The notes under the pieces: generated by a model
What the model was told of the DNA's origin: nothing
The model's input: only the letters and a program-made list of their open reading frames with translations
Databases searched by the model: none
DNA from: Octopus vulgaris
Lineage: Eukaryota
NCBI GenBank assembly: GCA_951406725.2
Contig: OX597830.1
Span: 58,280,001 to 58,344,000, forward strand
DNA length: 64,000 bases
Reading direction: 5' to 3'
In this document: piece after piece, positions 53,024 to 64,000 of the stretch
Layout: each line of letters begins with the position of its first letter
Position numbering within the stretch: the stretch's first letter is position 1
Made by a program: the position numbers and the translations under genes

Positions 53024-53270
53024 CTCATCTTGGTAGTGTGAAGGGTTATAAAACGTTTTACGAGGATCAGAAACGTCAGGACTGTCATTCCGAAGGTCTT
53101 GAATACCACTATCTTGAGAAGTAAATTCTTTCTTTTTCTTTACATCATCAAAATGGTCTAATTTACTGTTATAGCTAAGGTTTTGTATATCGGCAGACGT
53201 TTTCTTTATAGAGTTATAGATATCCTGAGGATTCATGTTCTCTGTTTCATACTCATCTGGCTCACCAGAT
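53024..53270 (-). CDS. CLASP: CLASP exon (SGEPDEYETENMNPQDIYNSIKKT...YQDE)
   Basis: 247 nt, phase 2-0; conserved TENMN..DIY.S motif. Confidence 0.9.
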
Positions 53271-53691
53271 CTGCAGCAAAACAAAAACACAAAACAAACC
53301 AAATTACTACAGATTTCAGCAAATTCTCATTAAAAACTATACAAATACAATTTATGTCACAAGGAAGTTGATCGAGTAATGGCAGTAAAAAGTGGACTAA
53401 GTTAAATTTATTTTTTTAATTAAAATTCCTTCAATTTTAACTCATAAAAATATGTCAATATAAGTTAACTATTGTAAAAAATATATAGACTTAAGTTATT
53501 ATGGAAAAAGCTTCACAACCAAAAGCTTTTAGTCTAATTACACAAAACAATAGAAAAGTCCTCTGAAATCTCCTAATTTAGCTTGCAATTTTTTATCTCC
53601 CAATTCTTTGTAAATTACATATAGGAGTTTAAATGAAGGACAAATAAATACAAAAGACTATAAATAATAATAATAATAATGCAGATTATAC

Positions 53692-53810
53692 CTGGAAGGA
53701 GGACGTAAGCGAGCAACAGGGCTAGTAGCGTTACGAGGAGATAGAACATCTGAATCAGAGTGAGAACTAGCATATTTCACATGGTTATGCAAGATTTTGG
53801 TAGCACCATC
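53692..53810 (-). CDS. CLASP: CLASP exon (DGATKILHNHVK...PPS)
   Basis: 119 nt, phase 0-2; conserved DGATK.LHNH motif. Confidence 0.9.
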
Positions 53811-54819
53811 CTATAGTGATAGCAAAAAAGAAAAAAAAAAATTATAACAATCTACAATAATCTACATAAAAAAAAAGCGGGATTGAACCCCAAAACATAG
53901 GTTTCAAGACATACAGTTACAAAACATTTAAGTAAAACGATAGTGAAATTCAAAGAAAATGAAAAACGGTAACATTATTGCCTGTTTGAAAGGCATTAGC
54001 AACATAAGTAAAGCAGTTCCAAAGATTGCAGACTGAGTTGACCAAAATACTTACCAACTCACTGAAGTACTGACCACTTAAAGAATTAAAAATTCTAAAC
54101 TTTATAAATTCTAGCACATTTCAATAAAACACAAAGAGACCAGGTAATACTTTTGATACTGTCCTCTATCTTTTAATTTCAGTTTGCCAATGAAGGAAAG
54201 CAAAGTGCTGATCCAATCAGAAATGTAGAAAAGATGTAAGGGGAAGCCAGTTGAAGCTATGTAACGGAAGTGCACAAGCAACTGTATCAGACTGGAAGTG
54301 AAGTTGTCATTGAATGTAAAAAGGAAATATCAATTGCAAAAAAGTAAAGAATTTTAATTTTCCAATAAACCAATTTTTTTTTTTTTAATGACCAGACTTT
54401 ATTATGTCTGGAAAATAATAATAATAATATATAATTGCTAATAAATTCCCAGGGAAAAAAAGAGGATAGAAAAAAAGTCTTGTGTAAGAAGAAAAAAATA
54501 TGAGGGGTGCAAAAAGATTTGAGTTCCAAAAAAGGGGCAGGGCTAAAGTTAAAGCAGCAATCTGGAAGGCTAATAGGAAATAAAGTCAGTGACTACCAGG
54601 TGTTGGGTGCTAGAATGACTTCTATTCAAAATGCGGCCAAATGAGCCAATAGTAGTAACTACAAGTCTTGGATGCGACCAAAAACTTTGCTGAAATTAAA
54701 AAAGAAAAATATGCACAAATACAAACTATTCTTCACAGACAAAACTTAGCTTTGGCTAACATTTAAAACTGGCAAAACAAAATGCATCTGTTTTAAAAGG
54801 CAAACTGTATTTTTTTTAC

Positions 54820-54906
54820 CTGGAATGCTTTGGGAAGAATGGATAACATCATTGAAAATTCAGCTGTATTTAAGTTAAAGAGTGCAATCAGTACAGCTTG
54901 AGCAGC
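54820..54906 (-). CDS. CLASP: CLASP exon (AAQAVLIALFNLNTAEFSMMLSILPKAFQ)
   Basis: 87 nt, phase 0-0; conserved AAQ.VLI.LF.LNT.EF.M.L..LPK.FQ motif. Confidence 0.92.
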
Positions 54907-55389
54907 CTGAAAAATAGAAAATAATTACACAACTTTACTACATTGTGAATATCATATTTGCTTTCTGAACATTGTGACTTTTCTGCAACCAAAAGAAATC
55001 AATTCAGTCAAGCAATCTTTCATTACATTCTTCTTCTTCTTGATTTGTTTATTATGTTTAAAGTTCCAACTTAATCAGATTCTATTTTGCAATGGAATTT
55101 TGTTGGACTAAATTCTTTGCCCATCCAGTCCATAACAAATGAAAACTTTGTCTCTTCAATTTATAGAAGCCATCCTTCTCCCTTGCCGTCTTCTCTCCCT
55201 TGCACAAAGAGATTCATATTTTTCCATTCTTTGCTGAATGCATCTTCCATTTATCTTTAACACTGCTGATATTCATTACATTTCAAAATATTCTTTAAAA
55301 AGTCACAATTTAAAAAATCTTCAACAGCAATGCAGACAAACTACACTGGACCTGGAGAGATTACACTTCCAGAATGACAATCAGTGATA

Positions 55390-56050
55390 TTAGACATAAG
55401 AAGCATCAGGTGTGGTGTGTAAGAGAAACGAAGGTGCTGGTATGGTCATGTGATGCATATGGACGAGGACAGCTGTGTAAAGAAGTGTTGATCCCTAACT
55501 GTGGAGGGAACCTGTGGAAGAGACAGACCCAGGAAGATATGGGATGAGGTGGTGAAGCATGATCTCTGAACTTTCGGCCTCACAGAGACAATAACTAGTG
55601 ACCAAGACCCTTTGGTGACATGCTGTGCTTGAGAAGATAGGTCAAGCCAAGTGAAATCACAGTCGTGGCTGATGCTGGTGTCACATAACCGGCACCCATG
55701 CAGGTGGCACGTAAAGAGCACCTTTCAAGCTTGGAGCCCCATGGAGGCAAAGTGGTTGAGCCCTTTTCAAATGTTGGACCTCGTGGACGTATCAACCGAG
55801 TCCGTTTGGCATCATGCTGTGCCTGAGAAGAAGACCCATCAAGCCAAATAAAACTGCAGTTGTAGCAGATACCAGTGTCATGCAAATGGCATCCATTACA
55901 CTCTTGGAGTGGTTAACGATAGGAAGGGCATCCAACCACAGAAGATATGCCAAAACAGACGGGAGCCTGGTGCAGCCTTCCAGCTTGTCAGCCCTGGTCA
56001 AACTGTCCAACACATGCCAGCATGGACAACGAACATTAAATGATGATGAT
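55390..56050 (+). mobile_element. RTE LINE 3' end (ORF end + UTR + (ATG)n tail)
   Basis: WYGHVMHMDEDSCVKKC*...EGTCGRDRPRKIWDEVVKHDL. Confidence 0.8.
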
Positions 56051-56094
56051 GTTTGTGTGCATGCCTTAATTTTATAGAAAAATCCCAGTCTCAC

Positions 56095-56238
56095 CTTTCG
56101 TACATCTGCACTCTTTGGTTCTGTAGTCCAGGTTATAATTCTAGATACAGCTAAACGGGAATCACTAGAATTATTGAAATCTGAGGGGTCCATAAGTAGG
56201 ATCAAAGCATGCATGTATTGCAGAACAGCTGCTTTCAC
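56095..56238 (-). CDS. CLASP: CLASP exon (VKAAVLQYMH...RLAVSRIITWTTEPKSADVRK); upstream exons probably lie beyond the window
   Basis: 144 nt, phase 0-0; near-identical to the CLASP motif RLAVSRIITWTTEPKS.DVRK. Confidence 0.95.
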
Positions 56239-57758
56239 CTGGAAAAGCAATCCAATGAGAAATATTAATAAATCAGCCAAACAATTTTGCAGGTGTGTTA
56301 ATATAATCATGAAAAAACTTAACTCAATACCTAACAACCAACCAAAACAAAGCAAAATTAATCTTATAGTCAGGCAATAACAAACGGAATATGTATGATA
56401 TTGATTTTTTTTTTCTAAAGAAAGGGAAAAAACACACTTGCAAAAATTTAAAGAATTACCTCGATAATACTTTATATAGGAGTAAATTAATTAATATTAG
56501 AATTTGAATGATATTTTTCTTTTAGTTTTTTCTTTTATTTAGTCAGTTAACATCTTTTTTGAAACTGGAATATTGCAGTAATATACTGTATGAATGTCAT
56601 GCTAATGTTATAAAATTCAGAGATGTATTCAAATCTTGCACATCTATTTTAAAAACTGATTAAAAAGCTGTTAAAGACTGAGAGCGATTTAATAACTAAT
56701 CAGTGATTCTAATAATAATAATAAGAAGAAGAAGCAAAGTAAAAAAAAATGTCACATGCTAGATCCAAGACAAATGACATATGAAGATTGTTTAAAATAT
56801 GATGAGTGCAAAAGTGATTACTTGTTGAATATAATTAAGTTTAATTAACAGTAATTATAACTGGAGTAAGATATTATAATTCAGCTTGTGCCTCTGTCAG
56901 CACTTGTGTTGGGCAGTTGTCACTAAACATTAGTGATGTTATGGTGAGCTGGTAGAATTACTAGCATGACAGACAAACTGCTTGGCAGCAGTTCCTCCAG
57001 CTCTTTACATTCTGGGTTCAAATTCTACCATGGTTGACTTTGCCTTTCATCCTTTTGTAATAGATTAAAATAAGCTGAGTACTGGGCTTGAACCAACTGA
57101 CTAGCTTCTTCCCACAAAATTTCACACCTTCTGCCAAAAGTATTATCCTTATTATTAACAGAAATACTGGCCTCTATGCAGTTTTCCATTAGTTTAGAAT
57201 AACAGCCTACGTGAGGGACTTATAATTTATAAATTAAATATGGATATTCTTATTCTTCCATTGCCTCTCCTCTCCCCCATTAAAATTAACATTACAGCCA
57301 TTAATTCTGTAAGAAACAAATATGTAACCTAAAGCCATTAATTCAGGTATTTAATGAAGAAATATTTAATGAAAAATTATAGATCAAACTTTGTGTGTGT
57401 GTGTGTGTAAAGAGAGAGGAGAGAGACAGAGAATTGGAGAGAGTTTCTACAATAATGCAACATTACTGGCAATTCTTAATTTGACCAAAGAAATCAGGAG
57501 TTTGTTTGACAATTGGCAGAATAAACACAAATCAGCAGAAAAAAACTCCAGATAGAATGATTCACAATTTATCCAATATTATTTAAGAAGTTGGAGAAAT
57601 ATAAGCAAAACTTTGACATGGCAAGACACTGGGTCAATAACAGTTCAGAATCAAAAATGGTAACTTAGATTACCTAGACTTCAATTCAGCCTCTCAACAG
57701 GCTCACCTGAGAAGAACAAGTTCATTGAAATCAATAAAACTTCAATGTTCATATAAAG

Positions 57759-58061
57759 CAGTGGTTCTCAACCCTTTTTTACCCCTGGACCCCTTTCATT
57801 ACTTTTGTATTCTGGTGGATCTCTTTAGCCATTCAATGTTTAAAAACTAGCTTTATAGGTACTTCTTCAAAATTCCTATTTCGTTTTTCCCCACATAAAT
57901 TTCAGTAAGTTAGCTTCTTCCAATAAGCACATCCAAAGTAACATTTTGTTTTTCACTATTAATACTTCGTTGGCTCCCCAATTTACTTGTTGCTTGTGTG
58001 GACACCCAAAAGTCTTAGATGGAGCCCCAGGGATTATATGGACTCCAGTTGAGAACCACAA
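57759..58061. mobile_element. hAT/Charlie-like MITE
   Basis: CAGTGGTTCTCAAC...GTTGAGAACCAC; degenerate 8-bp TSD ATATAAAG / ACAGAAAG. Confidence 0.7.
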
Positions 58062-58795
58062 ACAGAAAGCATTCTTTCATTTGTTTACAACTTTAGTTAT
58101 TAAGAAAATATACTGTTGTGTATTTGAGGACTGGTTTCAAATAGCTGTGACTGGATGGAATCTGTTTCAGGAAAGAAATTCCAAATAACATAGAAGCTAA
58201 CATGATTATAGGTCATCTTCATTATATGAATTTGCTAATATAGGAATGAATGGAGCTAATGGTTGTTGTTTAGCCCTAGCCAAACCTGACTAAGAAGGCC
58301 TATATTCAAAAGCTTTTAAACTGGACCAGGGAGACTTTTTTTTTTTTTTTTTTTTTTTTAGAAGCATACTTTTCCAGAACTTCAATATCTTTTGTCCTCT
58401 TCCTTCCTTTTTTTTTCCCTACGATACCAGGGAAATGCTAATTTTATAGACAAATAATACCTGGGGGAAAAAAATACATTGAAATAAATTTTATCACTTC
58501 AAGTTCAACATCTAAAGCAAAAATTTAATGTTCAGGAATTGTCAGTTGGTAGTTTCTGAAACGAGCACTATGATGTGTGTCTCTGGTTTAATACAGAAAT
58601 CTTTGGTGTCAGAGATGAAAAAAGGAATATTCTGTTTCCATGACAGAGAAATGAAATACACGTATTGTTATCGTTTTTCTGATCACTATCAAACTCAACA
58701 ACAGATACTTGTCTGTTTCAATGGGTTGAATAAGTTTACTATACTTTTACTTTCTATGCCAGCATGGAAAACAGACATTAATCAATGATGATGAT

Positions 58796-59577
58796 ACAAT
58801 TTCTATATTTAAGAGATGTGGAATTATGTGCATTATTTACATTTGAAGGATATTTGTCCTCCCAGCCTTCATCAGGTCTCTTGAGGAAATTTCGAACCTG
58901 GGTTCTCATTCCAAAGGTATTTTTTGATATTATTATTATTATTCGGGTCACTGCCTGGAAACCACTACACCATATGCCCACGGGCATATGGTGTAGTGGT
59001 TAGGAGCGCACGCTACTACCCCAAGATTCTGAGTTCGATTCCAGGTAGTGACCTGAATAATAACATCGAAGAATAATAATATTAATAATAATAACAACAA
59101 CATAGTGCCGATGGCACGTAAGAGAACCATCCGAACGTGGCCGTTGCCAGTGCCGCCCTGACTGGCCTCCATGCCAGTGGCACGTAAAATGCACCATCCG
59201 ATTGTGGCCGTTGCCAGCCTCGTCTGGCCCCCGTGCCAGTGGCATGTAAAAAGCACTATCCGATTGTGGCCGTTTGCCAGCCTCGTCTGGCACCTGTGCA
59301 GGTGGCACGTAAAAAGCACCCACTACACTCACAGAGTGATTGGCGTTAGGAAAGGCATCCAGCCGTAGAAACACTGCCAGATCAGACTGGGCCTGGCGCA
59401 GCCTTCTGGCTTCCCAGACCTCAGTTGAACCGTCCAACCCATGCTAGCATGGAGAACGGACGTTAAACGATGATGATAGAAAAATCCCCAAGACATCTGA
59501 TGAAGGCTGGAGGGTATATCAGCTGAAATGTTGCGTTAACAACAAACAAGATGAGGACAAATATCCGTCAAATGTAG
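58796..59577. mobile_element. Head-to-head fold-back duplication of the tRNA + hammerhead cassette, interrupted by an RTE 3' UTR insertion (~59100-59477)
   Basis: Minus copy 58796-58979 and plus copy 58982-59577, joined by a hairpin with perfect 20-bp arms. Confidence 0.8.
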
Positions 59578-59781
59578 ATGACGATGATGTTGCTACAAAT
59601 TAATTCTGAAATTCCTTGTTCAGTTCAACTAACCTTGCACCATTAAATTCACAACTCCAATGTTTCATTGCTTTTTCCTCCCACCTAAAACTCTCTTTGT
59701 TGAAGGCCCAAAGCTTTGCAGATATTTCTCTTATGCACACTAACAAATAATACTCCTGTACTCAGTTTCTATATCTTTCAT

Positions 59782-60105
59782 CTTTTACTTGTTTCAGTCA
59801 TTAGACTGTGGCCATGCTGGGGCACCACCTTGAGGAATCTTTAGTCAAATGAATCAACTCCAGAACTTATTTGTTTTCTAAAGCTTGGTACTTATTCTGT
59901 TGGTCTCTTTTGCCGAACCTCTAAGTTACAGGAATGTAGACACACCAACAGTGGTGGGAGACACACACACACGACAGGCTTCCTTCAGTTCCCATCTATC
60001 AAATCCACTCACAAAGCTATAGAAGAAGAGGTGCCATGCAGTGGGACTGAACCCGGAACCATGTGGTTGGGAAGCAAACTTCTTGCCACACAGCCACACC
60101 TGTGC
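59782..60105 (-). mobile_element. SINE family B (internally deleted)
   Basis: Family B tail and head motifs. Confidence 0.75.
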
Positions 60106-61017
60106 CTTTCAAATACAAATGTTAAGATGGACAGCTGTGTTAAGAAGGGACAGCAGTCCTTGTTGGATACCTTCTACACTATCAGCAGCAGTATCACAAT
60201 TCCCAGCCAGACCAGGATTTATTTATTTGTCATTTGCAGTAATGGTGTCGTGTGATACTCTGAAATTTTTAAGCTTAAATAATCTTTAAGCTTAATAATC
60301 AATAATCTACAAGATACTATTACATAGTTTCTAGATTTGCAATATAAACCCAGTGAATCAATTAATCATCTATTTTCTGACCACATTCACATACACCCTT
60401 AATACATTGACATACACCCTTAATACATTGACGTACACCATATCAACAGTAATGGTAAATGAAACCTCGCTGGTTGCTCAAAGTAATTACCAGTTGGTTG
60501 TAGAGATTTCAGTTGTTTTTATTAACCTCAAAAAGCTGATAAAGACAGAAAGAGAGAAAAATTTAAGTTGCTTCATAACTAAGATGGAAATGTTAAATGA
60601 TTGCATGAATGAAACTCTACTGAGTAATGTTGAGCAGGGAAAATGCATTAGGTGCAAATTGGAAAAGTGAATTAGTAAGAACTACAATAGCTATTTAGTA
60701 CTAACTATAGAATTAATGCAGAGTTGCACTGCCTATAATTATTAGGCAAGAAAATTGAGAAGGAAAGCCACCACCTGGCAGTGAGGTTTGCATGAAGCAA
60801 TTAAAGCAGTGAATATAAAGAAAATTGAAACCATTTGGAAGAATTACCTTTGGCTGATGTCCATAGTAAATGACAGACATAAGAAAAACAAAGAGAACAG
60901 ATAAGCATGCAGTGAAAGCATAAATAATGTTATCTGGTATTTTGGAGTTTATATTGCTGTAAAAAGTCTATGTGTATGGATGTGTGTGCGTGTATACATA
61001 CAAACATACATACACAT

Positions 61018-61213
61018 ATCGTAACATATGATTGCCAACCAAGTGTGGCATCTTATACAGGACAGTGCTACTGACGTTAATAGCCCCAGGAAGACATCTC
61101 TTCCAGCTGTGTGTCATTAACCAGCTGGAAGAGATGTCTTCCTGGGGCTATAAACGTCAGTAGCACTGTCCTGTATAGGCTGCCACACTTGGTTGGCAAT
61201 TATATGTTACGAT
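61018..61213. mobile_element. Near-perfect palindromic MITE (~92-bp arms)
   Basis: ATCGTAACATATGATTGCCAACCAAGTGTGGCA...TGCCACACTTGGTTGGCAATTATATGTTACGAT with a ~12-nt loop. Confidence 0.85.
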
Positions 61214-61315
61214 TCCATATTGCTACTGTTTATATCAGGCTCAGAGATTTAATATAGCTTTTATATATATATATATATATATGAGCACACCTACACACCC
61301 ACATGTGTGTGCATG

Positions 61316-61349
<34 letters not shown>

Positions 61350-64000
61350 AACCCACATAGACTGCCTGTAGCATATTTCCAGGAAGAAAAAAGTAGAGGG
61401 GGAAATACACACCAAATTGTTGCCCACTCATTCATATCAAACATGGGGAAAGGCATCAAATATCAGAAATGGCTTGTATATAAATAGGATTTCTGAGATT
61501 AAGTAACAGATGTCCAGTGAGTAGATCAGAGAAAATAAATGACCTCAAACTGAGTAACCAAAGATAGAACCTCTTGAGAATGGTAAATCTTTAGACAGCC
61601 AAAATAACTTAATAGCAAAAGCATATTTTAGAGTATTTCACTGTATTCCAATGCAAAGCATACATATTGTAGATGTCAGTAATTAATAATTGGGATAACT
61701 TGAATAAAATCATTGGAGAGTGTATGAGAAGATGCAACTTTGAGACCCATTATGCCTGTTCTGAAGTTTGAAAAAAAAAAGAAATATCTGCTAATAATCC
61801 ATTATCAAACATCAAAGGAACAGGAAGAGAAAAGAATGACGGAAACAGAACATCAAGGACATAATTTTTAGAGGAAGATAAGAAAGAAAGAAAAAAACTT
61901 TAAAAGTATAAAAGATGAAATTATCAAAAGAAAAAAAAAACATAACTCAATCGCCAAGGAAACAGAGAAAAAGAAAAAACAAAAGGGATGGAATTAAGCA
62001 ACAGAAAATGGGAGGGGGTAATCGGTTGTACACCCCAGAACAAATGGTGTATTTAGCCCCACTTTGGCCAGCAACACTTGCTACTATAGCCACTCCACTT
62101 TACAGGGTTTATTTCTCAGACAGGCCACAGTTATCACAAGGAAATAGGGTAGTGCTGGGTCCAAGAATCAGAAGCTTTGATGGCAACCAGCACAAACTTG
62201 TAGGGGTTGGTCAGGCTCCTGTCTTCAATTATCAACTTAATGCATGCGGACACACAATTTAGATTAACTAATATTTATTACCGGAAAACAAAACTACAAA
62301 ACCTGAAATAATCTCTTGTAGCAGACTAGTTTCTGCAGCCTTCTTACAAAACTGATGCCAGAACTTAACCTTGCAATGTAGCACCATTTCATGCAATGTG
62401 GAAGAGTAGGAAGTAGAAGATTACAATGGAAACAGATTCCATCGAAACTCTGTAATTATAGCTGCAAAACAGGTTGCAAGATCTTGTTGAAAAAAAAATC
62501 TTGTACAAGATACAATATGCACTCACACATACACATCCACAGAGAACCACACAGTCGAATGCATGTGTATGTGTACAGGGACACACATGCACATGTCTGC
62601 AGATACACACACACACACACGATAAAAGGAGAATATGATAAGTGTGCTTCAATTGCTTGATCAACAGAACTCACAAAAATATAAAATGAATGAACATTTC
62701 ATAGACAATTGGAACTATGAATATAAGCTTCAGGTAGAGTCAGTATGATAAGACTTTGCTTTCAAATCATTAGTACAATTTGCCAAGCTTCAGCACAGTA
62801 TCCATCCAACTGACAATAAAGGACACCTACTTAAAGCGTCACACAGTAACATCAAACATGGAACCTAATGATTGCAGATAATACTTCTTAACCACAGTGC
62901 CATGCACCTGCTATTGCTGACATCATCATTATCTTTATATAAGTATTTCTCACAGAGACTTTGGTGAAGTTCAGTCTCTTGAGATCAGCCTTCACAACTT
63001 CTTCCCATGCTTTCTCTTCATCTTCATTTCTTCATTTTCTACGGGTTCCTTCCACTCAGAATTTTTGATATTTATTTACCCAACTCCATTCGCATGCATT
63101 ACAAGTCTCTACCAGCACAATTTTCTCTAATTCCTCATCTACCCTCATTTTCCTTTCAACTCATCTCCTTATTCATACACACTGACAGTACACCTTCCTA
63201 TTTGCTTCATTTATTCCAAGCATTCATCTCTCCTCGGCCCCTTCAAACAGAACCCTTTGGTTGCCAACTTCCTCCACACTGGCTTTCAAAACACTCCCTG
63301 CGCCCCATTATTTCCCCAAATTCTATCGTTAATGTAGGTCAAAGAAAATGGTTACAAGGATCAATCTATAACTGTATTAACAACAAAGACAGGAAAAAGT
63401 ATGAACAGAGTTTGGATGGGGAGATGAATGAATAGGGAAAAACCTATCCACATGGTATCGACACAATCTTACCAAGAGTCCTAAGAGCAAGAATAAAGAT
63501 AGAAATTGTCCAGATTAATTAATACAATTCTTGAGACAACCAACATTGTTTCAACTACAAAACCTTTCAATATTGATCACAAGAATCCATTCAGAAGGAC
63601 ATGAATATAACTGGGGGGGGGGGACACAACTTATATTTAGTTCAGCATGTATGGACAAAGGGGGAATAAGTCACATCTTTTAGTATATGAATTCATAAGC
63701 TTCTTTTCCATTGGTTAACAAAAGAAATTCCCTAATGTACCCCAGTGTTAAGACTAGCTGGGTTCCAACCCCGAAAATTTGCTAGTGATATATATTGTAC
63801 AGTATATTTTAAAATTAAAATATCATATTTTTGTTATAAAAAGAGAGAGCAGGAGTTAAGTGAAGCATTGCAATGGGGCTAGATCTGGCCCACTGATCTT
63901 GTGTCTAACATCCCTCACTTATGTCTGACAATCATATTATTCTTTGCTTCCCATCTTTGCAGGCCTCTCTCTTAGGTTTTTATGGCTCTGTCCACATACC

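Noticed and set aside
57681-57713. 33-nt AG/GT-bounded segment in a CLASP intron
   Set aside because: Stops in all three frames; a poison exon cannot be supported without RNA data.
59105-59320. Regularly spaced repeats resembling a CRISPR array
   Set aside because: They are tandem units of an RTE 3' UTR in eukaryotic DNA, with no unique spacers or cas genes.
60490-60535. 45-nt AG/GT-bounded open segment (FLRLIKTTEISTTN) on the minus strand
   Set aside because: Phase 2-2 is incompatible with the phase-0 intron upstream of the 56238 exon, and it does not resemble CLASP.

Overview
This is AT-rich, microsatellite- and SINE-dense eukaryotic DNA. Its repeat landscape suggests a coleoid cephalopod, most likely Octopus (inference). 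Two host genes lie on the minus strand. The first is the opening coding exon of a secreted NtA (agrin N-terminal)-domain protein (13062-13584). The second is the 3' part of a CLASP gene, with 12-13 phase-consistent exons at 38068-56238. One CLASP exon carries an 83-bp internal duplication plus a 26-bp filler that introduces a premature stop. The rest is transposon debris: R4/Dong, CRE, CR1/L2, RTE and Tx1 LINE fragments, mariner/maT remnants, hAT, piggyBac and Merlin MITEs, Helitrons, foldback elements and a decayed Penelope element. The most interesting system is a ~240-nt cassette made of a hairpin, a tRNA-like Pol III promoter and a minimal hammerhead ribozyme. It forms the terminal repeat of the Penelope element and also occurs as a solo insertion with its own 16-bp TSD and as a head-to-head fold-back copy. 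Three further hammerhead-like motifs with different flanks are present, one with its three core strands in an apparently non-canonical order. All calls come from reading the sequence by eye; repeat boundaries are approximate unless TSDs are given.
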